The position numbers and the translations under genes are program-made. From assembly GCA_039201605.1 (NCBI GenBank), contig JBCCRO010000004.1, positions 53,327 through 117,326 on the forward strand: DNA of 64,000 nt, in the 5' to 3' direction. Below are positions 26,951-36,316 of the stretch, piece by piece; position 1 is the stretch's first letter, and each line of letters begins with the position of its first letter. The DNA comes from Actinomycetota bacterium. Lineage in GTDB: Bacteria > Actinomycetota > Acidimicrobiia > Acidimicrobiales > SZUA-35. The notes under the pieces were generated by a model, which saw nothing but the letters and a program-made list of their open reading frames with translations, had not been told where the DNA came from and did no database searches.

Positions 26951-27360
26951 TCCGGATCCAGCTGGGCCAGGAACACACCGCACCGATCCTCCTCGGACGC
27001 CTCGCCGATGGCGGCGGCGGCCCGCCGGAGCCCGTCGAGGGCTCGGAGGAATCCGTGGTTGGACTCGTGGGTCCACCGGACGTAGCCCGAGCCCCGCCAG
27101 CCGCTCTGGCGGAGCCGGTCGAGGCCCCGGTGGTAGCCCACCCGGTAGGCGGCGTAGGCCTCGACGTCGTCGCGGGCCAGATCGCCGAGGGTGGCCCAGG
27201 CGGCCAGGAACTGGGGGTTGGCGGCCACGACGGCGCTGACGGCGTCGCGTCGTTCGGCCTCGGGGAGCGCCTCGGCCGCCGCCAGGGCGTCGAGCGCCTC
27301 CTGCGGCTCCGGGGCGAGGATCGTCTCGGGGAGGCCGCCGCTCAGGTTGATGTTGCTCAT
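26938..27360 (-). CDS. DUF3151 domain-containing protein
   Basis: PQFLAAWATLGDLARDDVEAYAAYRVGYHRGLDRLRQSGWRGSGYVRWTHESNHGFLRAL...RCGVFLAQLDP. Confidence 0.8.
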   Translation of the reverse strand: MSNINLSGGLPETILAPEPQEALDALAAAEALPEAERRDAVSAVVAANPQFLAAWATLGDLARDDVEAYAAYRVGYHRGLDRLRQSGWRGSGYVRWTHESNHGFLRALDGLRRAAAAIGEASEEDRCGVFLAQLDPEWRP

Positions 27361-28367
27361 GACGTCGAAGGGTATTGGTCGACGGGGTCGTCCGAGTCGT
27401 AGAACTCGTCATCGCCCGTGTCGATCTCGCCGTCGTCGCCGGCGACGAAGTCGGTGTCGTCCGGCGGTGGGGCCACCCCGGTGGCCAAGTAGGCCGACGA
27501 ATGCCGGTAGGCCAGCTCCGCCAGCTCCGGACCGTGGACGAACTGGTCGAAGCGGACCGACGAGCCGCTCCCGGCCGGAAGGGTGTGGACCGTGCAGTGC
27601 GGGGGCACCCGGCGCAGGTCGTCCTCGTAGCGGTACTGGCGGTGGGTCCAGAAGGCCCGCAGGGCGCCGTCGAAGGGCCGCTGGACGCCGATGCGGCGAT
27701 CGGTGAGGTGTCCGACGTGGAGCACGTAGAGCTCGGTCGCCCCCAGCTCGACCGCCCGGGCGGTGTGGATCTCGTTCAGGACGCCCCCGTCGACGTACTC
27801 CACGCCGTCGATCCATCGGGACGGGTAGACGGCGGGCAGCGAGGCCGAGGCCATCAGGGCGTCGACCAGGGGCCCGTCGTCGAACCACCGCTCGGCCACC
27901 CGTTCGACGTCGGTGGCCACGCACTGGAAGGGGATCTCCAGCTCCTCGATCCGGGTGGTCGGGAGCTCCTCGATCAACAGCTGTTCGAGCGGCGACGCGT
28001 CGTGGATGCTCGCACCCTTGCGAGCCAGCTGGACGGCCAGGGGGATGAACCCGCCGGGCATGAGGTCGGGGTCGCCCTCGGCCAGTCGGCGCCAGATCCG
28101 CTCCAGCCGGGCCACGCCCCGCAGGGTGGGATCGGCGGCGTAGGCGGCCCCGTTGATCGAGCCCACCGAACACCCGAGCACCAGGTCGGGCTTGATCCCG
28201 GCCTCGACCAGCGCCCGCAGCATCCCGACCTGGACCGCGCCGAGGCTGCCCCCGCCCGAGAGGACGAAGGCGGTCCGCTGACGACCCGGGAGCCGGGTGG
28301 AGAGCGGGCGTACGGCCTCGCGGACGCTGCGGCGCAGCGCCCGGCCCAGTCCCCGTCGCTCAGCCAA
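27357..28367 (-). CDS. Patatin-like phospholipase
   Basis: It has the oxyanion motif SGGGSLGAVQVG, the nucleophile elbow GCSVGS (GxSxG) and DGG. Its stop overlaps the DUF3151 start in an ATGA. Confidence 0.88.
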   Translation of the reverse strand: MAERRGLGRALRRSVREAVRPLSTRLPGRQRTAFVLSGGGSLGAVQVGMLRALVEAGIKPDLVLGCSVGSINGAAYAADPTLRGVARLERIWRRLAEGDPDLMPGGFIPLAVQLARKGASIHDASPLEQLLIEELPTTRIEELEIPFQCVATDVERVAERWFDDGPLVDALMASASLPAVYPSRWIDGVEYVDGGVLNEIHTARAVELGATELYVLHVGHLTDRRIGVQRPFDGALRAFWTHRQYRYEDDLRRVPPHCTVHTLPAGSGSSVRFDQFVHGPELAELAYRHSSAYLATGVAPPPDDTDFVAGDDGEIDTGDDEFYDSDDPVDQYPSTS

Positions 28368-28385
28368 GAGGCCGACGGCTCCCGA

Positions 28386-29867
28386 TCAGGGGCAACGCAC
28401 CATGCGCAGCGTGTCGGTGGCGCCGATGGTGGCCGAGCTGCCGGCGAGCACCGCCACGATGTCGCCGGTCCGGAGCTCACCCCGGGCCTTGGCCACTTCG
28501 AGCGCCTTGTGGACGGTGCTGACGTTGTCGTCGATGCGGTCGATGGGGATGGCGGTGGCGCCCCAGCTCATCGACAGCTGACGGATCGTCTGCTCCTCCG
28601 GGGTGAAGGCCAGGATCTGCGACCGGGGACGGAAGCGGGCGATGGCCCGCACGGTGAAGCCCGAACGGGAGATGCAGATGATCGCCTTGGCGTTCATCTG
28701 CTTGGCCGCCTGCCAGGTGGCCATCGTCATCACATCGGTGACGGCGGAGTCGGCGCTCTGCGGCTCCTGGAGCTGATCCCGGCGGAGCTGGAGGGCCCAG
28801 CTGTCGTAGTCGAACTCCTGGTCGGCCCGGTGGGCGATCGAGGCCATGGTGGCCACCACCCGGGCCGGGTCGGCACCGATGGCCGTCTCGGCCGAGAGCA
28901 TCACGGCGCTGGTCCCGTCGAACGCGGCGTTGGCCACGTCCGAGGCCTCGGCCCTGGTGGGCGACGGGGCCGAGATCATCGACTCCAACATCTGGGTGGC
29001 GGTGATGGCGGGCTTACCGAGGGCCACGCACCGGGCGATGATCTGCTTCTGGAGATGGGGCAGATCCTGCAGGCTGCACTCGGTGCCGAGGTCGCCTCGG
29101 GCGACCATGACGGCGCCGGAGTCGTTGATGATGCCGTCGAGGTTCTCGATGGCGGCCTTGGTCTCGATCTTGGCCACGACCAGCGGGCCCCGAGGCGCCG
29201 GCTCGAGACCGACGCGACGGACGTCGTGCGCCGAGCGGACGAAGGACAGGGCGACCATGTCGACGCCCTCGGTCACCATGGCGTCGAGCAGCGTCAGGTC
29301 GTGCGGCGTCGGGGTGGTGAGGCGCAGCCGCTCCGAGGGGATGTGCAACCCGGGACGGCCCTGGGTGACACCGCCGAAGAGGACGCGGGCCCGCAGAGCG
29401 TCGGGCAGGTGCTCGATCACCTCGAGGATGATCGAGCCGTCGCCGACGGCGAGGTTGTCGCCGAGATGGACGTCGCCCAGGAGGCTCTCGTAGTCGACGA
29501 AGAGGCGGTCGGCGCTGCTGGTGCCGTTGCCCGGCTCTAGCAGCACCTCGGAGTTGACCTGGAGGTCGACCGGGTTCTCCAGCTGGCCCAGTCGGACCTT
29601 GGGGCCGGGGAGGTCTGCCATGACGCCGACGACCCGACCGCACGACTCGGCGATGCGGCGGATCTGATGGAGGCGTTCGACGGCGTCGTCGAGCGAACCA
29701 TGCGACAGGTTGAGGCGGGCCACGTCCATCCCGGCCTCGACCATCGCCTTCAGGGTCGATTCGTCGGAGCTGGCAGGGCCGATGCTGGCGATGATCTTCG
29801 TACGTCGATTCACGCCGGAAAGTCTACCCGGTGGTCCCGTCCCGACCGGGGAAGGGGCAGAGGTCAC
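28386..29867 (-). CDS. pyk: Pyruvate kinase
   Basis: RRTKIIASIGPAS...MDVARLNLSHG...DLPGPKVRLG...AKIET...MVARGDLG. The start is uncertain, either GTG at 29867 or GTG at 29813 just before RRTKI. Confidence 0.92.
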   Translation of the reverse strand: MTSAPSPVGTGPPGRLSGVNRRTKIIASIGPASSDESTLKAMVEAGMDVARLNLSHGSLDDAVERLHQIRRIAESCGRVVGVMADLPGPKVRLGQLENPVDLQVNSEVLLEPGNGTSSADRLFVDYESLLGDVHLGDNLAVGDGSIILEVIEHLPDALRARVLFGGVTQGRPGLHIPSERLRLTTPTPHDLTLLDAMVTEGVDMVALSFVRSAHDVRRVGLEPAPRGPLVVAKIETKAAIENLDGIINDSGAVMVARGDLGTECSLQDLPHLQKQIIARCVALGKPAITATQMLESMISAPSPTRAEASDVANAAFDGTSAVMLSAETAIGADPARVVATMASIAHRADQEFDYDSWALQLRRDQLQEPQSADSAVTDVMTMATWQAAKQMNAKAIICISRSGFTVRAIARFRPRSQILAFTPEEQTIRQLSMSWGATAIPIDRIDDNVSTVHKALEVAKARGELRTGDIVAVLAGSSATIGATDTLRMVRCP

Positions 29868-29915
29868 AGTGGAGAATGTGCGCGGCCGGAAGAGGCCGTC
29901 CTAGGGTGCGGCCCG

Positions 29916-30533
29916 ATGGATCTGATACTGGTACGCCACGGCCGACCCCACCACATCGAGAACGCCGACGGACCCGCCGATCCCTCGCTGACCGCCCTCG
30001 GCCACCTGCAGGCCCGGGCCGTGGCCGGCCGCCTCGCCACCGAACCGATCGACGCCGTCTATTCCTCGCCCATGAACCGGGCCATGGAGACCGGTGCCCC
30101 CCTTGCCCGGCTGCTCGACCTCGAGCTGCAGATCCGCCACGGCGTCCGGGAGTACGACGCCGAGGACCGCAGCTACATCCCCTTCGAGGTGCTCCGCCAG
30201 GACAAGGAGCGGATGGCGAAGTTCATGGAGCAGGAGACGACGGCCGACCGCGGCGCCTTCAGCCTCGAGGTCGTCGAGACCCTCACCGCCATCGTCAAGG
30301 ACCACCCGTCGCAACGGGTGGTCGTGTTCTGCCACGGCGGTGTGGTCAACGTCTGGGCCTCGCACGTCCTCGGCATGGAGCCGAAGATGTTCACCAACGT
30401 CGACTACACGTCGATCAACCGGTTCAAGGTCTCCTCGAAGGGCTTCAAGTACCTCGAGAGCCTCAACGACAACGGCCACCTCGCCGCGCTCGGCGAGTCG
30501 ACCCCTGACGGCGAGCTGCCCGTCCGGTCCTAG
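29916..30533 (+). CDS. Histidine phosphatase (phosphoglycerate mutase-like) family protein
   Basis: MDLILVRHGRP (the RHG motif), ...SSPMNRAMETG...VVFCHGGV. I moved the start to the ATG at 29916. Confidence 0.85.
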   Translation: MDLILVRHGRPHHIENADGPADPSLTALGHLQARAVAGRLATEPIDAVYSSPMNRAMETGAPLARLLDLELQIRHGVREYDAEDRSYIPFEVLRQDKERMAKFMEQETTADRGAFSLEVVETLTAIVKDHPSQRVVVFCHGGVVNVWASHVLGMEPKMFTNVDYTSINRFKVSSKGFKYLESLNDNGHLAALGESTPDGELPVRS

Positions 30534-31720
30534 TTCCGGGGGACGTCGATCCAGGGGATGTCCTTGTCGGTCCGCACGTCGCCGGGCAGACCGAGCACCC
30601 GCTCGCCCAGGATGTTCTTCATCACCTCGGTGGTGCCGCCCTCGATCGAGTTGGCCCGCATCCGCAGGAACGCCTTCTGGGGCGACGCCATGCCCATCGC
30701 CACCTCGGGCTGGCTGAGCTCGTAGCTGCCGTAGGTCATCGCCTCGGCCCCGAGGAGGTCGAGGTTGAAGCTGGTGATCTCCTGGTTGAGCTCGGCCGAG
30801 GCCAGCTTGCCGACCGAGCCCTCCGGGCCCGGCACCCCCGACTTGCGGTTCTGGGCGGCCCGGATGTTGGTGAGGCGCAGCGCCTCGGCCCGGATCCACA
30901 GCTCGATCAGCCGGTCCTTCTGGGTGGCGGTCCCGCCCTGCTTGTTCCAGGTCTCGACCGCCATGGCGATCGTGCCCGAACCCTGCTGGGGTACCGAACC
31001 GCCGATGGCCACCCGCTCGTTCATCAGCGTGGTCAGCGACACCCTCCAGCCCTCGCCCACCTCGCCCAGGCGCTCGACGTCGGGGACGCGGGCGTCGGTG
31101 AAGTAGACCTCGTTGAACTCGGCCTCGCCCGTCATCTGTCGCAGGGGTCGGACCTCGACACCCGGCTGCTCCATGTCGATCACGAAGTAGGTCAGGCCCT
31201 TGTGCTTCGGCTGATCGGGATCGGTGCGGGCGACGAGCATGCCCCATCGGGAGACGTGGGCCAGCGTGGTCCACACCTTCTGGCCGTTGACCACCCACTC
31301 GTCGCCGTCGCGCTCGGCCCGGGTGGCCAGGCCGGCCACGTCGGATCCGGCACCGGGCTCGGAGAAGAGCTGGCACCACACCTCCTCACCGGTGAACAGC
31401 GGCCGGAGGTAGCGCTCGCGCTGGGGATCGGTGCCGTGGGTGACGACGGTGGGGGCGCCCATGCCGTAGCCGATCGGGTTGCGGCCCATCGGGTTGGGGG
31501 CGCCGGCGGCGAAGAGCCGGTGGTTGACCGTGGTCTGCAGCTTGGGGCTCAGACCGAGCCCGCCGCTCCCCTCGGGGAAGTGGACCCAGGCCAGGCCGGC
31601 GTCGTACTGATGGCCCAGGAACTCGCGGGCCGGGGTGGAGGCCGGGTCGTGTTCGGCCAGCAGGGCGTCGCATCGTTCGACGACCAGGGCCTCGGCGTCG
31701 GTCACGTCGGTCTGGGACAT
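30530..31720 (-). CDS. Acyl-CoA dehydrogenase family protein
   Basis: The 396-aa ORF has SEPGAGSDVAGLATRA, WVVNGQKVW and IEGGTTEVMKNILG. Confidence 0.9.
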   Translation of the reverse strand: MSQTDVTDAEALVVERCDALLAEHDPASTPAREFLGHQYDAGLAWVHFPEGSGGLGLSPKLQTTVNHRLFAAGAPNPMGRNPIGYGMGAPTVVTHGTDPQRERYLRPLFTGEEVWCQLFSEPGAGSDVAGLATRAERDGDEWVVNGQKVWTTLAHVSRWGMLVARTDPDQPKHKGLTYFVIDMEQPGVEVRPLRQMTGEAEFNEVYFTDARVPDVERLGEVGEGWRVSLTTLMNERVAIGGSVPQQGSGTIAMAVETWNKQGGTATQKDRLIELWIRAEALRLTNIRAAQNRKSGVPGPEGSVGKLASAELNQEITSFNLDLLGAEAMTYGSYELSQPEVAMGMASPQKAFLRMRANSIEGGTTEVMKNILGERVLGLPGDVRTDKDIPWIDVPRN

Positions 31721-31795
31721 CGGGCTGCCTCCATCGGGTCGAGAGTTCCGCTCGACGTCAACGCTAGTGCCCGCCCCCGATCCTTGACCAGTCGG

Positions 31796-32395
31796 TCAAG
31801 TAGCGCTGGGTGGGCTCTCGGCCGAGGCCCCGTCGGCTGCCGCCTCCGCCTCGTCGGCCTCGGCCACCCGGGCCAGCAGCTCGTCGCGGATCGACACGCC
31901 CGGCTCACGGGCCTTGTCGCCCGTGATGCGCCAACCGTGGCGAGCGGAATACAGCAGCGGGGGCTCCCCGAGGCGGCCCTCGGCCACATCGACCACGTTG
32001 GCCAGGAACAGGTCGTGGTCGAAGCGGCGGATCTGGTCGAAGGTCTCGCAGTGCAGCCAGGCGATCGAGTTGGGCACGATTGGGCGACCGACGTCGTCGA
32101 GCTCCATGAATTCGGGAGCGACGTAGCGGAACTTGCGGCCCGGGTAGGAGAAGTACTGACCCTCGCGGACCTGATCGCCGGCCAGGATCGAGACCGAGAA
32201 CCGGCCGGACTCCACCATCAGCGGATAGGTGTCGTGCTTCGGACTGACCGAGGCCATCACGATCGGCTCCTCGAAGGAGATCTGCGAAACCCAGTGCGAG
32301 GTGTAGCCCCGGGTCACACCCTCGTGGTGGGCGGCCACCACCTGCACCCCCTTGATCATCTGGCCCAGCGATCGCTTCACGGTCCGGTCAATCAT
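31796..32395 (-). CDS. Flavin reductase-like (FMN-binding split-barrel) protein
   Basis: GVQVVAAHHEGVTRGYTSHWVSQISFEEPIVMASVSP...FSVSILAGDQ fits the flavin reductase domain, followed by an acidic C-terminal tail. Confidence 0.75.
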   Translation of the reverse strand: MIDRTVKRSLGQMIKGVQVVAAHHEGVTRGYTSHWVSQISFEEPIVMASVSPKHDTYPLMVESGRFSVSILAGDQVREGQYFSYPGRKFRYVAPEFMELDDVGRPIVPNSIAWLHCETFDQIRRFDHDLFLANVVDVAEGRLGEPPLLYSARHGWRITGDKAREPGVSIRDELLARVAEADEAEAAADGASAESPPSAT

Positions 32396-32437
32396 CGACG
32401 TGGCCTCCTGTGGCCGTTCCCCCGTTCGGGGGTGGGG

Positions 32438-33223
32438 TCAGTTGCGCCGTACCCGCTGCCGCTCCGCGGCGGCGAGGTGCTCCGAGGCTCGACCGGGGTC
32501 GAGGGCGACCAGCAGTTCGCGCTGCTCGGCGGCCTGATCGTAGCGACCGAGGGCGGCGAGGACCGCAGCGAGCTCCAGCCGCTCGGTCACCCCGGTGCCG
32601 GGAACGCCGAGCAGCAACTCGAGCACCCGGACGAGCTGGCCGAGGTCGCCACGCCGTCGGTAGACGAGCTTGAGGTTGCCCAGCATCCGCTGCACCACGG
32701 CCGACGGCGGGATGGGTCGGAGCATGGCGTCGTCGAAGGCGCCGACCGGGTGGAATCGGGCGAACAGCCGGCGGCAGGCGTCGTGGTCGAGCGGGGCGCC
32801 GCCGGCGAAGGGGTCGAACCACTGGGACGGGTCGGGGCCGTCGCCGATGATGACGTGGCCCGGGAGGCCCACGATGCTCAGCGGTGTACCCAGCCGTCGT
32901 CCGACCTCGGCCGCCACCGCTGACAGGGTGATGGGGATGCCCTTGCGTCGATCGAGCACCCGGTGGATGAAGGAGTTGGCCGGGTCGTAGTAGTTGGCGG
33001 TGTTGCCGACGAAGGCGAGGTCGCCGAAGACGAAGGCGACCACGGCCGCCGCCGGTGGCGCCTCGGCCGCCTCCAGCTCGGCGGCGAGGGCGTCGAGGGC
33101 GGCGACCACCGACGCCTCCTCGGGCGGCTCGGTGGCGAGCGAGGCGACCACCGCCATCAGGCGGTCGAGGCGAGGCTCGTCGGCCTCCAGCAGGCGTCCG
33201 AGTCGATCGGAGGGCGCTGACAC
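32438..33223 (-). CDS. Transglutaminase-like/SirB1 (UPF0162) family protein with a TPR-like C-terminus
   Basis: NYYDPANSFIHRVLDRRKGIPITLSAVAAEVGRRLGTPLSIVGLPGHVIIG...QRMLGNLKLVY. Confidence 0.7.
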   Translation of the reverse strand: MSAPSDRLGRLLEADEPRLDRLMAVVASLATEPPEEASVVAALDALAAELEAAEAPPAAAVVAFVFGDLAFVGNTANYYDPANSFIHRVLDRRKGIPITLSAVAAEVGRRLGTPLSIVGLPGHVIIGDGPDPSQWFDPFAGGAPLDHDACRRLFARFHPVGAFDDAMLRPIPPSAVVQRMLGNLKLVYRRRGDLGQLVRVLELLLGVPGTGVTERLELAAVLAALGRYDQAAEQRELLVALDPGRASEHLAAAERQRVRRN

Positions 33224-33290
33224 CCCTCCATGGTGCCAAGAGCAGGACCAACGCCGGGCACCGTTGCTGCAATTTGGTAGCGTTTGCTGT

Positions 33291-34052
33291 ATGCAACCGC
33301 CGTTTCGCGGTCAACCCGTCCCCTTCGCAATCGCCCATCGAGGCGGCGACGAGGTCGCCCCCGGCAACACCGAGGCGGCGTTTCAGCACGCCGTCTCCCT
33401 CGGGTACCGGTTCCTCGAGACCGACGTCCAGGTCACCGTCGACGGCGAGCTCGCCGTCTTCCACGACGAGACGGTCACCGCCGTCACCGGGGCGGTCGGC
33501 ACCATCGGCGAACGGACCTGGCGGCAGGTGCAGGAGCTTCGGGTCGGGGGCGAGCACCCGATCCCCCGGTTCGCCGACATCGTGGCCCGATTCCCCGACA
33601 TCGCCTTCAACGTCGAGCCCAAGAACGACGCCTCGGTCCAGCCCCTGATCGACTACGTGCTGGGTGAGGGCCTGACCGACCGCATCTGCATCGGCTCGTT
33701 CAGCGACGACCGCATCGCCCGGGTCCGGGCCGGGCTCGGCGACGAGGCCTGCACCTCCCCCGGGCCCAAGGGCGCGGCCGCCGTCCTGGCTCGGGCCCTG
33801 CTCGGCAGCCGGGCCCAAAGCGTGCATACGGCGCTCCAGATCCCGATGTCGTTCGGCGGGGCCCCGGTGGCCAACCGGTGGTTGATCGACCGCTACCAGC
33901 GCCAGGGGTTGCAGGTCCACGTATGGACCGTCAACGACGAGGCCGACATGCGGCGTCTCCTCGACGCCGGCGTCGACGCCATCATGACCGACAAGGTCAC
34001 CGTGCTGAAGGACGTGCTGGTCGAGCGGGGCGACTGGCCGGCCACGGTCTGA
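33291..34052 (+). CDS. Glycerophosphodiester phosphodiesterase
   Basis: FAIAHRGGDEVAPGNTEAAFQHAVSLGYRFLETDVQVTVDGELAVFHDET...VHVWTVND. I moved the start to the ATG at 33291. Confidence 0.88.
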   Translation: MQPPFRGQPVPFAIAHRGGDEVAPGNTEAAFQHAVSLGYRFLETDVQVTVDGELAVFHDETVTAVTGAVGTIGERTWRQVQELRVGGEHPIPRFADIVARFPDIAFNVEPKNDASVQPLIDYVLGEGLTDRICIGSFSDDRIARVRAGLGDEACTSPGPKGAAAVLARALLGSRAQSVHTALQIPMSFGGAPVANRWLIDRYQRQGLQVHVWTVNDEADMRRLLDAGVDAIMTDKVTVLKDVLVERGDWPATV

Positions 34053-34083
34053 GCGGCCCGTCCGATCCCGTCGTCGGGCCCGC
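34053..34083. terminator. Hairpin filling the 30-nt convergent intergenic gap (gcggcccg ... cgggcccgc)
   Basis: An 8-bp GC stem with one bulge sits between the GDPD stop (34050-34052) and the enoyl-CoA hydratase stop (34083-34085). It is a candidate bidirectional terminator. Confidence 0.35.
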
Positions 34084-34895
34084 TACTCCGGGTCGGCGAA
34101 GACCGGGTCCCGCTTCTCGAAGAACGCCGTGATCTGCTCCCGCTGGTTCGGCGAGCCGATCAGAGCCCCGATCTCGGCCCGCTCGGCGGCGAACCCGTCG
34201 GCGGTCGAGAGCTTGGCCGCCTCGTTGAACAGGCGCTTGCCGGCCCGGATGGCGTGAGGCGACTTGCCGGCGATCTCCCCGGCCAGGGCCAGGGCGTCGG
34301 CCCGGGGGTCGTCGGAGACCCGGGTGGCCAGCCCCAGCTCCACCGCCTCGGTACCCGACACGTTGCGGCCGGTGAAGGTGAGCTCCTTGGCCACGTCGAC
34401 CCCGACGAGGTTGATCAGGCTCTGGGTGCCGGTCATGTCGGGGATGAGGCCCCAGCGGATCTCCAGCACCGACAGGTTGGCGTCGGGGGCCACGATGCGG
34501 ATGTCGGCCCCCAGGGCCAGCTGGATGCCGCCGCCGAGGGCGTGGCCGTGGACGGCGGCGATGACAGGCACCGGCAGCGACGTCCACCCGTAGACGGCCT
34601 GTTGACCCCGGTGGGTGATGTGGCCCTCCATCGGGTCGGTGATCGAGCGGGTGCCGCCCCCGTCGCCGCTGTCCGACGCCATGCCCTGGAAGCCGGAGAA
34701 GTCGAGCCCGGCACAGAACGAGCGCCCCTCCCCCGACAGCACCACGCAGCGGAGCGACGGGTCCTCGGCCAGGGCGGCCGAGGTCTCGACCAGGGCGTCG
34801 AACATCGCCTGGTCGAGGGCGTTCATCTTGTCGGGCCGGTTCAGGCGGACGTCGGCCACCCCGCCGTCCATGGTCACCTGCAGTCGATCGCTCAC
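34083..34895 (-). CDS. Enoyl-CoA hydratase/isomerase (crotonase) family protein
   Basis: VADVRLNRPDKMNALD...VVLSGEGRSFCAGLD...AAVHGHALGGGIQLAL. The start is GTG at 34895, preceded by a GAGGAG ribosome-binding site, in a GTGA overlap with the upstream gene. Confidence 0.88.
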   Translation of the reverse strand: MSDRLQVTMDGGVADVRLNRPDKMNALDQAMFDALVETSAALAEDPSLRCVVLSGEGRSFCAGLDFSGFQGMASDSGDGGGTRSITDPMEGHITHRGQQAVYGWTSLPVPVIAAVHGHALGGGIQLALGADIRIVAPDANLSVLEIRWGLIPDMTGTQSLINLVGVDVAKELTFTGRNVSGTEAVELGLATRVSDDPRADALALAGEIAGKSPHAIRAGKRLFNEAAKLSTADGFAAERAEIGALIGSPNQREQITAFFEKRDPVFADPE

Positions 34896-35257
34896 GTCGT
34901 CTCCTCGTCGTTCGCCGGGTCCGGAGCGGGGGCGCTTGCCGCGTCGTCGGTCGATGCGTCGGCGTCCTTCGGGCCCCCGACCCAGGGGCAGTGTCGACAT
35001 CCACGATCACAGCACCAGCCCCGGGTGAGCAAATGGGCGCCGGTCATGGCGAACAGCCCGGTGGCCGGATCGAGGTACCCGGGCTGACCGGCGGCCACGG
35101 CGGCGGCGTGGGCGGCCATGGCCTTGTCGTGGTGGGGGTGCTCGGGTGGGAACCGCACCGGGTGCGGACGATGGGCGCCGTCGGGGCGAGGTAGACGGTG
35201 GCCGGCGGTCCCTCGGACGGTGCGATCAGTCAACGGCCACCATCCTGGTCCGTCCAT
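34892..35257 (-). CDS. DUF5522-like protein (C-terminal CCxxGCRHCP motif)
   Basis: HPVRFPPEHP...GQPGYLDPATGLFAMTGAHLLTRGWCCDRGCRHCPW. The start is uncertain, either ATG at 35257 or TTG at 35233. Confidence 0.6.
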   Translation of the reverse strand: MDGPGWWPLTDRTVRGTAGHRLPRPDGAHRPHPVRFPPEHPHHDKAMAAHAAAVAAGQPGYLDPATGLFAMTGAHLLTRGWCCDRGCRHCPWVGGPKDADASTDDAASAPAPDPANDEETT

Positions 35258-35279
35258 GTGGATAAGTAACGAAATCCAC
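35258..35279. promoter_or_regulatory. Inverted repeat GTGGAT-n10-ATCCAC in an AT-rich divergent promoter region
   Basis: The perfect 6-bp arms lie in the lowest-GC stretch between the divergent genes at 35257 (-) and 35374 (+). It is a candidate operator. Confidence 0.3.
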
Positions 35280-35373
35280 AGGGTTTGCCATCTGGAACCC
35301 CACAATCGATCGAGCTTACGGTGATGGTCAAGCGGAAGACGGTCCCGGGTTGGACGGGTGGAACGGAGGAATC

Positions 35374-35613
35374 ATGGCGCTCTTCGCAGTGACGTTGACG
35401 GATCAGACGACCGACGTGGTCGAAGGAGCGGACGCCTACCAACAGGAGGGCCCGCTGACGACCTTCTTCGCCTTCCGGGACAACCGCCACGTGATCGACT
35501 CGTGGAGCGTCCGGCTCGCCAGCTACCGCACGGCCGACATCGCCGCCATCCGCCGCAGCCAGGTCGTGACCGAGCAGGTCACCGACGACTTCGACGCCCT
35601 CCTCGCCAGCTGA
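35374..35613 (+). CDS. Small hypothetical protein
   Basis: The ORF starts MALFAVTLTDQTTDVVEGADAY after a GGAGG ribosome-binding site. Its stop overlaps the next gene's start in a TGATG. Confidence 0.55.
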   Translation: MALFAVTLTDQTTDVVEGADAYQQEGPLTTFFAFRDNRHVIDSWSVRLASYRTADIAAIRRSQVVTEQVTDDFDALLAS

Positions 35614-36293
35614 TGGCGGGCAATCCGGTCCTGCTCCTGCACGGCTTCACCACCTCGGCGGCGAGGACGTGGCGGGAGCCGGGCTGGATCGATCTGTTGA
35701 CCGAAGCGGGGCGGGAGGTCATCGCCCCCGATCTGCTCGGTCACGGTGACGCCCCCAAGCCGCACGACCCCGAGGCCTACGCCGACGTGGAGGCACTGGT
35801 GGCGGCCGGGCTGCCCGACAGGCCGGTCGACGGCATCGGGTACTCGGCCGGGGCCCGCGTCCTGTTGTCGCTGGCCGCCGCCGAGCCCGACCGCTTCGGA
35901 CGCCTCGTCATCGGCGGGATGGGCGAGGGGCTGCTCCGGCCTCGCCAGGGCAACCCGATCCTCGACGCCCTCGAGGGTCGGGGCGGGGAGGACGACGTGG
36001 TGGCCGGCCGCTTCAAGGCCATGGCCAACGGCGACGGCAACGATCCCAAGGCGTTGGCCGCGTTCATCCAGCGCCCGACGCCGGCTCTGGGGCCCGACGA
36101 GCTGGCCCGCATCTCCTGTCCCACCCTGGTCGTGCTCGGCGATCGGGACTTCGCCGGACCGGCCGAGCCGCTGGCCGAGCTCCTGCCCGAAGGCGAGGCG
36201 CTCACACTGCCCGGTGTCGACCATTTCGGCCTCCCGAAGGCGTTCCCCTTCCTGGAGAAGGGGCTCGACTTCCTCGGCGCCGCCCCCTTCTGA
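35613..36293 (+). CDS. Alpha/beta hydrolase
   Basis: PVLLLHGFTTS..., the nucleophile elbow GYSAGA, and ...LGDRDF...DHF. I moved the start to the ATG at 35613. Confidence 0.82.
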   Translation: MAGNPVLLLHGFTTSAARTWREPGWIDLLTEAGREVIAPDLLGHGDAPKPHDPEAYADVEALVAAGLPDRPVDGIGYSAGARVLLSLAAAEPDRFGRLVIGGMGEGLLRPRQGNPILDALEGRGGEDDVVAGRFKAMANGDGNDPKALAAFIQRPTPALGPDELARISCPTLVVLGDRDFAGPAEPLAELLPEGEALTLPGVDHFGLPKAFPFLEKGLDFLGAAPF

Positions 36294-36316
36294 TCAGCGC
36301 CACCTCCGGCGCGGTG

